A stretch of 64,000 bases of DNA from Leptolyngbyaceae cyanobacterium (GCA_965263355.1 CBDHHL010000032.1:1184001-1248000); one strand, 5' to 3'; shown: positions 19,063 to 28,764, numbered from the stretch's first letter. Program-made: numbers and translations. Notes: generated by a model not told the origin, from the letters alone.

Positions 19063-19644
19063 ATGGTTCGTCCTAGAAAGTTTGAAGAAAAAGAAGTTCG
19101 TATGGCTGCACTGCAAATGTTTCTGCGCAGGGGCTATGCAAGCACATCGTTAAACGATTTGGAAGAGGCTACGGGCATTGGTCGTCGTAGTCTTTACAAC
19201 AGCTTTGGCGACAAACGTACTGTGTTTCTTAGAGCGCTAGAAGATTTTCGGGCGGCAGCTGTTGAACAAAATCTGGCTCCATTAGGCCAACCAGGGGCTG
19301 GATTAGATGCGATTTCATCCACCTTCAATCACCTCCTTAACTTGGCCAAAACCTCAGAAGGTCGACTTGGTTGCCTTATCTGTAATACCTCCCGTGAACC
19401 CATAGCCAACGATGCTGCTGTAGCCGAACAAATCAACCTTTACTTCGCACGAGTTGAACAGGGGTTTGCTCATGTACTCACCACAGCTCAGAAAAATGGC
19501 ACATTACCCACCAACGAAAATGTCACCAGCCTCTCCCGATTTTATCTGGGAGTACTTGTCAGCATTTGTGTCATGGGTCGTGCTGGTGTTCCCCTTGAAA
19601 TACTCCAGGACATTGTGGCCGAAGCCTTGAAAAGAGTCATGTAA
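19063..19644 (+). CDS. TetR/AcrR family transcriptional regulator (start revised to ATG 19063)
   Basis: MVRPRKF..F.RRGYASTSLNDLEEATGIGRRSLYNSFGDK; GCLICN. Confidence 0.92.
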   Translation: MVRPRKFEEKEVRMAALQMFLRRGYASTSLNDLEEATGIGRRSLYNSFGDKRTVFLRALEDFRAAAVEQNLAPLGQPGAGLDAISSTFNHLLNLAKTSEGRLGCLICNTSREPIANDAAVAEQINLYFARVEQGFAHVLTTAQKNGTLPTNENVTSLSRFYLGVLVSICVMGRAGVPLEILQDIVAEALKRVM

Positions 19645-19758
19645 TTTTTATCAAAATCCCTTTCTTGCCCTCAAAGACTTGGGATTCTCTCTAGACCAGG
19701 TCAAGCACCTGATTGTAGATAAGGTCTCCGCAAATCAAACAACAGGTAACCATCAACA

Positions 19759-19805
19759 CCTAGTGGTCTGTTGGTCTGGCCTATGATTTCTGGCGGATCA
19801 CTAGG
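19759..19805. repeat. 47-bp inverted-repeat element (possible internally deleted MITE)
   Basis: cctagtggtctgttgg ... ctggcggatcactagg, 16-bp stem with G-U pairs, CTAG ends. Confidence 0.45.
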
Positions 19806-20135
19806 GTAAATTAAGCGAATAGCACCATCTAAATCCTACAAAAGTCTAAAAGTCTATATATTTAAGGTTATGGCCAAGACTAGTAATAAAGAGCCCTAGT
19901 GAAGAGGCCTCTAAGCCATGTCTAAGTTGAAATCTGGAGTTTCCTTTGCAATAAAACTGCAGGTCTGGATATAGACAAGGTTTAGATAGGGTTCCCAAAC
20001 CCTAAAACCGGATGCTACGATAAATCTTGGTAAGTTTTCGGCAGAGAAATAAGTTTTGTTACGTTTAATTTTCAGTGACAGGAATATCTCCGTTTAACTC
20101 GCTACACATTTTTCGTTTACTAAGGGGATTTCCTT

Positions 20136-20444
20136 ATGTCTGTTTATGTGGGCAATTTGTCCTATGACGTTACTCGTCAAGATATCGAGGACGTTTTTAA
20201 TGAGTATGGTCGTGTAAACCGGGTTAGTTTACCGACGGATCGTGAAACAGGTCGCCTTCGCGGATTTGCTTTTGTAGAGATGGCCGCTAAAGAGGATGAG
20301 ACCAAAGCCATTGAAGCCCTAGACGGTGCTGAGTGGATGGGTCGCGTCCTGAAAGTTAATGAGGCTAAGCCTCGCAATGCTTCTGCTGGCGGTGGCGGTG
20401 GCGGTGGCGGTGGCGGTGGCAACTATCGCCGCAACTCTTTCTGA
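20136..20444 (+). CDS. rbp: RRM RNA-binding protein with Gly-rich tail (cyanobacterial Rbp family)
   Basis: RNP2 VYVGNL, RNP1 RGFAFVEM, DGAEWMGR.LKVNEAKPR, poly-Gly from (ggcggt)n. Confidence 0.95.
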   Translation: MSVYVGNLSYDVTRQDIEDVFNEYGRVNRVSLPTDRETGRLRGFAFVEMAAKEDETKAIEALDGAEWMGRVLKVNEAKPRNASAGGGGGGGGGGGNYRRNSF

Positions 20445-20488
20445 ATATGTATCTGCTAACGAAATGAATATTTTGTTAGTGTTCTTTG

Positions 20489-20517
20489 CGAGTGGCTGTA
20501 TGGGCCACTCGTTTTTT
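20489..20517 (+). terminator. Intrinsic terminator of rbp
   Basis: cgagtggc-tgtatgg-gccactcg followed by tttttt. Confidence 0.8.
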
Positions 20518-20539
20518 ATGGGTGCTGTTTTGGTGCTCG

Positions 20540-21169
20540 TTACACTATGGGTGTATCGGCTTGATGCCACATGTACAGTGCCAGATAAGATCGATAGGGC
20601 GCAAAATAGGCGGCAGTGCGAATTGTTTTTCGTCGACGACTAGTTAATCGTTCCAGATTTTTGCGTGCGGTGGTATCGCCATCGGGCCAAATGTCTGGAT
20701 CACCAAAGTAGAAAATGCCCATCATATCTGCCGTCCATTGCCCTACTCCCCAAATCTCCGTTAAACATCGGGTGCGTTCATCATGGTCCAACCCGCTCAA
20801 CCGGACCTCATCTAGCTGACTGGACAATGTAGCCAGAGCAATTGCTCGCATGGCCTTGGCTTTGGCAGCTGATAAACCACAATTGCGTAAGCGGTCCGGG
20901 GAAACTGTTGAAAAATATTCGACCAATGGCTGATCTGCCGCACTCTCTACAACTCGCTGCCAAATCGAAGCTGCGGCTTTAACCGATAGTTGTTGCCCCG
21001 CCACGGCACGACACAAGCGTTCTGGAAACGGAGACTCTTGGTTAAGGGTGAGCTGTAGCGGTTTGGTGGTTGCGATCGCAGCCGCTAATTCATCACTAAT
21101 CTCCTGCGCAATCGCCACAAAACGGGTATGGATTGCACGGGACGATGCTAGTAAATCATCGTCAACCAT
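20540..21169 (-). CDS. DNA-3-methyladenine glycosylase II (HhH-GPD, AlkA-like)
   Basis: GQQLSVKAAASIW, GLSAAK, LTEIWGVGQWTADM, WPDGD, PYRSY. Confidence 0.88.
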   Translation of the reverse strand: MVDDDLLASSRAIHTRFVAIAQEISDELAAAIATTKPLQLTLNQESPFPERLCRAVAGQQLSVKAAASIWQRVVESAADQPLVEYFSTVSPDRLRNCGLSAAKAKAMRAIALATLSSQLDEVRLSGLDHDERTRCLTEIWGVGQWTADMMGIFYFGDPDIWPDGDTTARKNLERLTSRRRKTIRTAAYFAPYRSYLALYMWHQADTPIV

Positions 21170-21226
21170 AGGGGCTTACCTTGTGTATGCTCTGGGAAAA
21201 ACGACCGTTCTAGATGTAGACACGAT

Positions 21227-22636
21227 TTAATTCAAATCAGATTCCAGAATATGCTTTGTATTCAACTGTAAACCAATGGAACCAGTCCCTAACCGTAAAA
21301 TATCTTCGTATTGTTCCAACGAGGCTGGATGAGCTTTTTGTTGACAAACCTGCCAATTCATAGCAGTAGCTTGAGTCACCCCATTGTTCTCGTTCAAAGC
21401 CGCAATATAGCAGTGAGCAACACCCTGGCCCGGTCGAGTTTTCTCACTAGTCATCGTTTCCTCAATTTTGACAGATTCTTGAAAATGTTGTCTTGCGGTT
21501 TTGAGCAATACTTGCTGCTCTGCGTCAGAGGTATCTGCAGCGTTTCCTCGTTTCATGAGAGTGATACCCAGGTTGCGATGGAGTGATGCTTGTAAGAATT
21601 GCTCGTTCTCATTCAAACCCTCCATACCCTCTAATTGATTTAAACCAATGCGGAACAGAACTTCTGCATCTAACAAACCACTCAGTTCTCCAAACTCTCC
21701 TGACTCTTCATTGTTAGCTGCTGCTAAACTTAGGGTGCCCATACCGTTTAGGGCAACAATATCTCCTTTGAGTAATCCATCCTGGTATTCAGCTTGAGCT
21801 TCCTGAAACCTTTCTAGATTTTGATATACCTCCGCCAGGTGATTATGGGGTGCTGTAGCATCTGGGTTAAATGCGATCGCTTCTTTAAAATAATCAATCG
21901 CCACATAGAGATTACCCGCCTCTTGTGCCCTTCGCCCCTTCTCATAATAGAAATTAGAAAATTTAGGCAGAGAGTTATACATACCGTAGGACCCCAAAAG
22001 TAATAAAAGAGAGGCACCTAAGGTCACTTCTGAATGAAAATGAGTAGGAATATTGAGCTTTTTTAATATGCTCTTTACAAATGTCTGACCACGATTTGTC
22101 AGGGCTCCTCCGGCGATTAATACAAGCCCCGTCGCTTGGGACAGGGTGCTCAGAGTTTGTATCAAATCAAACCCACCAACTACGGAAAAAGCTTGGGCCG
22201 TAATGGTCAAAAAAGATGCTGATGTCACCAAACTACCAGCACTTAAAAAGTTCCATAGCCAGTCCAAGCGATCCAATGCATGGATTTTAGTTTCTGGGAC
22301 AGCATCCTCCAACCACCACCACCAGGCTGTTTCGCTAGGTTGACGGCTGCGACGGCAGTCAGCCAGCATATTCTCTTTGGTGAGGGCAGGGGCCAGGTCC
22401 TGCAGTTTATTATCTAACTCACTCAGGACAGCCAAAACCTTGGCCTGCAGACTAATGGAGTTATTAGCCTGTAGCTTAGCCTCAACCGCATCCCGCACTA
22501 ATAGCAGGCGCAGAATTTGCTGCTTCGATATCGTGTCAGAACCTTTATCTAAGCGTGCTAGCTCTTGAGCATAGACCTGTAGTGCTACCTGCACAGGTGC
22601 ATGCTTGGAAAATGATTTAGGGAGTGTTGTAACCAT
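21227..22636 (-). CDS. Membrane-anchored tetratricopeptide-repeat protein
   Basis: Central TM segments followed by TPR-like motifs (AIDYFKEAIAFNPDATAPHNHLAEVYQNLERFQEA). Confidence 0.75.
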   Translation of the reverse strand: MVTTLPKSFSKHAPVQVALQVYAQELARLDKGSDTISKQQILRLLLVRDAVEAKLQANNSISLQAKVLAVLSELDNKLQDLAPALTKENMLADCRRSRQPSETAWWWWLEDAVPETKIHALDRLDWLWNFLSAGSLVTSASFLTITAQAFSVVGGFDLIQTLSTLSQATGLVLIAGGALTNRGQTFVKSILKKLNIPTHFHSEVTLGASLLLLLGSYGMYNSLPKFSNFYYEKGRRAQEAGNLYVAIDYFKEAIAFNPDATAPHNHLAEVYQNLERFQEAQAEYQDGLLKGDIVALNGMGTLSLAAANNEESGEFGELSGLLDAEVLFRIGLNQLEGMEGLNENEQFLQASLHRNLGITLMKRGNAADTSDAEQQVLLKTARQHFQESVKIEETMTSEKTRPGQGVAHCYIAALNENNGVTQATAMNWQVCQQKAHPASLEQYEDILRLGTGSIGLQLNTKHILESDLN

Positions 22637-22693
22637 GCCTGGATTCCGTCTATGATCCGGAATAGTTGATGTTCTTACAGGTATACTGTTCCC

Positions 22694-24097
22694 TTATAGG
22701 GGTAGCAGAACAATAAAACAGGTACGACCTGGAACTGATTCAAGTAATAGACTACCTCCATGCCGTTTTTCAACGATCCGCTGCGCTACATCCAACCCTA
22801 AACCAGTCCCCTTCCCCATCGGTTTGGTGGTAAAAAAAGGCTCCGTCAATCGACTTTGGATTTCCTCCGGAATACCTGGCCCATTATCTTCTACCTCCAC
22901 CCGTAGACAGTCATTCTCTTTACAGGTACGAATAATAATTTTCGGTGACTCTCCAGAAAAACTCTCGTTCAAAGCATCAATTGCATTATCGATAATGTTT
23001 GTCCACACTTGGTTTAGTTCACTTCCAAAGGCCATAATCTCTGGTAGGTTTTGAGCATAGTGGCGTTCCACTGTAATGCCATGTTTAAGCTTAAAGACAA
23101 ATAAACGCAGGGTATCTTCAATGCCATCATGGATATCGATCTGCTGTTGAGCAGCGCGATCCATATAGGAATATGCCTTCATTGATTGAATCAGGGTGGA
23201 AATACGATCGGCCCCATCCAATCCACTTTTGATCATGCCCATGACGTCAAATGATAACGCTAGCCAACGTAGCCCCATCTCCCGCAGTTCAGTGGGATCA
23301 TCGCGCCAACGAGCCATCAATTCATCGAGCTTGGCTGGGTCAACATGTCCAGCGGCTAAGGGGTCTACTAACGTCCAGGCATCTTCGATGCCATAGTCTT
23401 CTAGCCAGTCGGTTAAGGCATCTTCTCGATCACTTTGAGCGAGTGGGTCATTATTAGGATGCGCAATTGCATCAAATCCGCGATCGCGCACTTTTAGCCA
23501 CTCTTCAGTATGCTCATCGTCTACCTGTCGCTGACCGTACACCAGGTTCATACGCTGCAGTTCTAACATGGCAGGTTGTAGATCTTTCATGGCTCGCACC
23601 AGGGCGGCGGCTGGGTTATTGAGTTCATGGGCCAGACCTGCTGACAATGTGCCCAGGGCTGCCATTTTCTCACGGGTTTGAATCAAGGTTTGCAGCCCCC
23701 GCAGGCGCTTACTAACCGTGCGAAAAATATCTCGTTCAAATTCTCGGCAACTGTGGAGAACGTCTAAAAACTCTTCACAGTTTAGCTGGTATAAATCGAC
23801 TTCTGTGTCGGCGGTTAGGGTGACGGGTACTACATCTTCTGTAAGGACTTGAATCTCGCCAAAAAACGATGGGCTTTCATGGCGACCCACGGGCATATCC
23901 ATGCCATTGCTCTGGTGGCTGACGGTAATTTGGCCACTGAGCTGGATAAAGAAGCCTTGGGGCCGATCGCCTTCTTTGACCAGGATTTCGCCTGCGGTTA
24001 AGTGGAGGGGGGAGGCGCGATCGCAAATCCAATCTAACCGCTTCCGAGGCAATGTCCGAAACTCTGGTATTTGCAGTAGAGATTCGACACAGAGCAT
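22694..24097 (-). CDS. Cyclic-nucleotide-binding-domain sensor histidine kinase (soluble)
   Basis: N-terminal cNMP fold (L..GEILVKEGD..FFGEI), H-box GLAHELNNP, ELNQVWTNIIDNAID, DNGPGI, FFTTKPMGKGTGLGL. Confidence 0.92.
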   Translation of the reverse strand: MLCVESLLQIPEFRTLPRKRLDWICDRASPLHLTAGEILVKEGDRPQGFFIQLSGQITVSHQSNGMDMPVGRHESPSFFGEIQVLTEDVVPVTLTADTEVDLYQLNCEEFLDVLHSCREFERDIFRTVSKRLRGLQTLIQTREKMAALGTLSAGLAHELNNPAAALVRAMKDLQPAMLELQRMNLVYGQRQVDDEHTEEWLKVRDRGFDAIAHPNNDPLAQSDREDALTDWLEDYGIEDAWTLVDPLAAGHVDPAKLDELMARWRDDPTELREMGLRWLALSFDVMGMIKSGLDGADRISTLIQSMKAYSYMDRAAQQQIDIHDGIEDTLRLFVFKLKHGITVERHYAQNLPEIMAFGSELNQVWTNIIDNAIDALNESFSGESPKIIIRTCKENDCLRVEVEDNGPGIPEEIQSRLTEPFFTTKPMGKGTGLGLDVAQRIVEKRHGGSLLLESVPGRTCFIVLLPL

Positions 24098-24099
24098 AG

Positions 24100-24264
24100 T
24101 TACTCTCCCTCGCCTGTTAACGCCACATAGCTACCCGAGGCAATCCCTTCAATGCGTCCCCCTTTGATACTGCGGGTCAGCACATAAAAAATGCCGGGAC
24201 CAGGGGTAATGGCTAGCACAATGGCAGCACTGAGAAACAGTGAGAAGGTAGCAAAATCTGGCAT
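24100..24264 (-). pseudogene. LysE/RhtB translocator remnant with large in-frame internal deletion (54 aa); not in ORF track
   Basis: MPDFATFSLFLSAAIVLAITPGPGIFYVLTRSIKGGRIEGIAS joined to a C-terminal GSYVALTGEGE*. Confidence 0.8.
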
Positions 24265-24468
24265 AGGAAACACCTAGTTATGAGGCCAATAGGTTATCTA
24301 ACGTTAATTTGTGTTCTTTTTAACTCTTTTTATAAAAAATGACGTTCAAGTTCCTGCAGCTATTTTAGCGGGTTTAACTCAGAGTTAAACCGTCACAGAA
24401 CTTAGCGTGACTAACGAAGAACGCTATGATTAAGCGGGGCATCCTAAGGTCCAATCAAGCGCTCAGCC

Positions 24469-25119
24469 ATGACCATCTCTCTAGAAAAAGGCACCACCTT
24501 AATCCACCAGCGGCACCATGCCACATGGCAAGATTACATTGCCCTGCGAGATAGCCAGGTAAACGACTGGCGCAAGATTGCGTTTTATCAAGGATGGCTC
24601 TGGGCTGACATGGGCAAGGAAGGACCGAATCATGCCTCGTTTAGCGATTTAGTAACGGCAATTTTCTTTATCTGGGCTTTCTTATATCCCGACGAGGTCT
24701 ATCAATCCTATGGGCGTTGCTTAATTGAGCAACCAGAAACTCAGGCTTGCGCGCCAGACTTGGTGCTCTACAAGGGTGACAATATTCCTAAATGGCAATT
24801 GGGTGAACCCAGACGGATTAGTACAACTCGTCATCGGCTGCCAGACTTGGTCGGTGAAATTGGAGACACCACGCTGAGTCTAGATTTAGATGAACAGAAA
24901 CAACTCTATGCTAGTTTAGGCATCCCCGAGTACTGGGTGATTGATGTAAAAGGAATGCGGCTATTTGCGTTTGGTTTAACTGAATCAGGCAGCTATCAAT
25001 CAATTGAGGTTTCGCGAGTACTCCCAGGGCTAAAACTCTCTCTAGTAGAACAAACACTAGAACGGTTAGAAACAGAAACTAATACAGCTGCCGCTAATTG
25101 GCTACGACAACAATTATAA
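24469..25119 (+). CDS. Uma2 family (DUF820) endonuclease
   Basis: ATWQDY, APDLVLY, PDLVGEI, K..LYASLGIPEYWVID. Confidence 0.9.
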   Translation: MTISLEKGTTLIHQRHHATWQDYIALRDSQVNDWRKIAFYQGWLWADMGKEGPNHASFSDLVTAIFFIWAFLYPDEVYQSYGRCLIEQPETQACAPDLVLYKGDNIPKWQLGEPRRISTTRHRLPDLVGEIGDTTLSLDLDEQKQLYASLGIPEYWVIDVKGMRLFAFGLTESGSYQSIEVSRVLPGLKLSLVEQTLERLETETNTAAANWLRQQL

Positions 25120-25342
25120 ACAGAGTCAAGAAACTAATTCTCTGTTCTCTCTAATTGTGCTCAAATATTTAAGCCATTTGATCTTGCTCATAAAGATATT
25201 GCTGAAAATCTACAAAAACCTGGCTGATCTCGCCTACACTGCCCAATTCTGCAACAGCATCACGTTACGTCCGCAGTGAGGTCGCAATTGACTGCAATAG
25301 ATTTCGCTCAGGGGAAGGGGGAAGCAGGACTATATTAACTTT

Positions 25343-25429
25343 ATTTGCTTTGAAGCACTTTTTATACTGATATATAAGGGGTTCAGACTTTACTAGCCGA
25401 TAGTCTAGATTTGCTTTGAAGCACTTTTT
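25343..25429. repeat. Perfect 21-bp direct repeat atttgctttgaagcacttttt (25343-25363, 25409-25429)
   Basis: Read directly; 45-bp spacer. Confidence 0.9.
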
Positions 25430-25699
25430 TGCTTGTTTTTCAAAGATTTTAGGCTACTAGATAAACTTCCTGAACTTTCTAGCGATCGCACCAATCCACC
25501 ACTGCCTCTTTTGACAAGGCAATCGCCAAAGAACTCGATAAAGACTGAAATCCTGACGTTTGAATGTGTTGCATTGCTTTAGCTTAGCTCAACCAGCAAA
25601 CCTAGAACTGTACTTATAGTCTAAATTGCAAGCCATGAGATATGCCTTGGAAGTGGTGCGTGACTCATACACCCTACCTGGCTAGAAAAGCTCACTAAA

Positions 25700-26299
25700 T
25701 CAACTAATATTCTTTATAAGAAAATCTTTCAAAGGCTTAGTATAAGAATTTTCAATAATCCACAATCTATTATCTAAGTAATCTCTTTCCCTTTCTTTGA
25801 TTTTATTTGATTCATTTTTAGTAAGAATAGCCTCGCAATAAGCATAGATCTTTGACTTCTTATTCAGACGCGTATATTGACCACAATGATCAACACAAGT
25901 TTGATAATTATCAAAGCAGGCTAGTAGGGGATGATGCTCCGGATTGGTACAAGCCAACAATAAGTCTTCTAAGGTGCCTTCATCCTTATCATTTGGAAAA
26001 AGGAAATTTTCTAACAGTAAATCAATCTGAAACTCACGATTTATTTTAGTCTTAAGAGCGCTAATCATTTTAAGTTTTTCTAACCGATTTCGATCAGCAT
26101 CTAAGATAACTATATTGCTGTCTCCATCCTCAAATGTTCGTCTAATATCAACCTCATATTTTGGTAAACTTTGCCAGTTTCCCATACGAACAAACTTAAT
26201 AGGTGAGGATTGCTGTGGAATAACTACTTTAATAAAGTCACTGATGAACTTTTCATCAGCATCTCCTTCAACGTATATATAATTCATACGAGCATTCAT
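25700..26299 (-). CDS. TOPRIM-like protein (DUF3226/DUF4276-like), partner of the upstream ATPase
   Basis: YVEGDADEKF, VILDAD, GTLEDLL, KSKIYAY; AT-rich. Confidence 0.7.
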   Translation of the reverse strand: MNARMNYIYVEGDADEKFISDFIKVVIPQQSSPIKFVRMGNWQSLPKYEVDIRRTFEDGDSNIVILDADRNRLEKLKMISALKTKINREFQIDLLLENFLFPNDKDEGTLEDLLLACTNPEHHPLLACFDNYQTCVDHCGQYTRLNKKSKIYAYCEAILTKNESNKIKERERDYLDNRLWIIENSYTKPLKDFLIKNIS

Positions 26300-26310
26300 A
26301 TAACTGAAAA

Positions 26311-27396
26311 TTATTTACCACGTATTTCTATATCGCTCTCAATACTTGCTTCAAGATTTTCAAAAGCATACTGATAAAGTCTATGTGTGCCAGTATCGCC
26401 TCTTGCCAGTGAGTAAAGTCTTATATCTTCTTTAGAATAATTATTCTCTGACATTACAGTCATAAGAACTTTAATAGCCTCATAGCTGTGTGTTGCAATA
26501 AACATTTGTACATTAGAATCTCTAGAAACTTCTAACATTGACTTCCAAAGAAGCTTAAGCGTTTTATAATGGAGCCCATTCTCAATTTCATCAACCATCA
26601 AAAATCCATCTTCTGAAATTAGAATATTAGCCATTGCTGAACAGGCTTTAAGGAAACCATCACCCATTAAACTTATCGGAATCATTTGCTCAATACCGAT
26701 ATCGATGTAAACGAGCTTATTAAGTCCAAGAGCTATATCTTCTACTTTAGGATCAATTATCTTCAAAAACTTTATTAGGATATCTTTCCGCTTATCTCTT
26801 TGGAGACGATTAACTCTATCTGACAGAGCCCCCCAAAAATCATACCCATTTAAAATTCTTCCATTTAGCTTTTCCTTATAATCAGAATTTAAGGTGATTT
26901 TCAGGATGCCTTGATCAAAATATAACTTGGAAGTATAAACACTCTCTTCATTTACTCCATGAGTAAACTGATAACTTACACCTGAAGCCTCTTGGGAAAT
27001 TCTGGTATCAGAAGCAGCAGAAGTTTCATTTAGAGACTCAGTGGTACTATCTTTATTGGTAAATTGCTCTACAACTGTATTCGAAAATAGAGGTGAGATT
27101 TTTAATTTACGTTTCCCATCTTTTTTCTCAAAAGCTTCAAGAATAATTGTATTATTTGTATCTAAATTTCTGAAATTAAATTTCAAGTCATTAGCTTCGG
27201 TAGACGTTAGCCCTCTAAAGTTATTGATGCTTGCATAGAGTTGTGGATTGGACATTCCAATTAGCAAAAAAATTGACTCTAAGATTGTTGTCTTGCCTGA
27301 ATTATTAGGCCCAACAAAAATATTGATTCGCCTTAAGTCTGATATTTTAAGACTTTGAATACCTCTTAAATTTTGAATAGATAAGTTCTCAAACAT
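26311..27396 (-). CDS. ABC/AAA_15-AAA_21-type ATPase
   Basis: IQNLRGI, Walker A GPNNSGKT, MGDG, Walker B VDEIENGLH, ATHS; AT-rich. Confidence 0.9.
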   Translation of the reverse strand: MFENLSIQNLRGIQSLKISDLRRINIFVGPNNSGKTTILESIFLLIGMSNPQLYASINNFRGLTSTEANDLKFNFRNLDTNNTIILEAFEKKDGKRKLKISPLFSNTVVEQFTNKDSTTESLNETSAASDTRISQEASGVSYQFTHGVNEESVYTSKLYFDQGILKITLNSDYKEKLNGRILNGYDFWGALSDRVNRLQRDKRKDILIKFLKIIDPKVEDIALGLNKLVYIDIGIEQMIPISLMGDGFLKACSAMANILISEDGFLMVDEIENGLHYKTLKLLWKSMLEVSRDSNVQMFIATHSYEAIKVLMTVMSENNYSKEDIRLYSLARGDTGTHRLYQYAFENLEASIESDIEIRGK

Positions 27397-27582
27397 CCCA
27401 CTAAATTTAAACTGAATACACTGCCAAGTAATTGAGATAAAGCGTATATTTATTGATGGTCAGTAAATAGTCAACTGTACACTCCACCAAATATATTCAA
27501 CTTAAGCATCTAAATATCCCTTTTCGAAGTTAGTTTAAAAATATTTTTGATTCTATGTCTACAAGTACAACTTCGGCACTAG

Positions 27583-27715
27583 TTAAACATTCGCCAAATA
27601 TCGATGCACAAACTGCACACAAATCACCCTTTCACCCACACCATACGCCACTCGCTTCACCGCCCCATGGTACACACCACCGTAAAAAATCCCCGGCACA
27701 TTTGTCTCCAACAAC
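27583..27715 (-). pseudogene. Diverged duplicate of the last ~44 codons of the REC-TrxR gene
   Basis: Translates LLETNVPGIFYGGVYHGAVKRVAYGVGERVICVQFVHRYLANV* vs native LLETSVSGIFAVGDVRHGSVKRVASGVGEGSICVQFVHRHLANV*. Confidence 0.9.
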
Positions 27716-27723
27716 AATAAATT

Positions 27724-28764
27724 TCATACATTTTGATCTGACTGTTCATCCCACAATTTCAACCGCTCAGCAATCGCCTCAGGACTCGGCAACTCCTCCC
27801 GATACGCCTCCGGCAACTGCGGCACTATCGTATACGTCGCCACCCCAATCGGCATGGACGCCGTCCGCAACGCATACTCCACCACTATCTTATTCTTGTA
27901 CCGACAAATAATCATCCCAATCGGCGGATTCTCCCCCTCCTCCCGTTCCTGACGGTCCAATGCCTCCAAATAAAACTCCATCTTGCCTTTGTGCTCAGGC
28001 TTAAAGTCCCCAATTCTCAACTCAATTGCCACCAAACATCGCAACCGTCGATGAAACAACAGCAAATCAATAAAATACTCCTGCCCACCCACCTCTAACC
28101 GATACTAATTACCAATAAACGCAAACGCCCCACCCAGCTCAGACAAAAAAGACCGTAGGTTCCGTACCAACGCCTGCTCCAACTCCCGCTCCGAATGCTT
28201 GTCCGCCAGCTCTAGAAAGTCAAACGTATAGTGATCCTTAACCGCCAAAGCTGCCTGAGCCTTGATATCATCCGGCACCGTAGCATCAAAATTCGTCTGA
28301 TTTAGTAGATACTTCTCATAGCTTTTATTATCCACCTGATGCTGCAACACCGACTTGGTCCATCCATAGCGAGCCGTTGCCCGCAGGTAAAACTCCCGCT
28401 CTAAATCATCCTTACAGCGGCTGAAAATTACCAGGTTTTTCGTCCAGCTAATTTCTCTAACCAGTGGTTGGAGATTTGGCTTATCCACATAGGCACAGTA
28501 AAACTGACGCATAAACCATAGATTCTGAGTCGAAAACCCATTGCGCCCCGGAAACTCCGCCTGTAAATCCTGCGCCAGGGTTTCTACCACCGACTTGCCC
28601 CAACCCAAAGCCTGCTGCTTCTGATGGATCAGCTCCCCAATTTCCCAATACAGCCCCACCAGCTCACGGTTCACACTCCGCAGCGCCTGCAGCTGCCGCT
28701 CACGAATACGCTGCTTCACCTCATACAAAAAGCTGCCATAGCCCTGGGGCGTCATCTTACTCAC
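27724..28764 (-). pseudogene. yhcG: YhcG/DUF1016 PD-(D/E)XK nuclease interrupted by one in-frame TAG (28105-28107)
   Basis: VNRELVGLYWEIG, WGKSVVE.LA.DL, KDHYTFDFL, FAFIGN*YRLEVGGQEYFIDLLLFHRRLRCLVAIEL; both ORF-track pieces share one frame. Confidence 0.88.

Noticed and set aside
20177..20643. Poly-Pro and (VA)n/(AT)n ORFs
   Set aside because: Other frames of the rbp poly-Gly (ggcggt)n tract.
25343..25429. Mini-CRISPR
   Set aside because: Only two 21-bp copies, no typical repeat ends, no cas genes.
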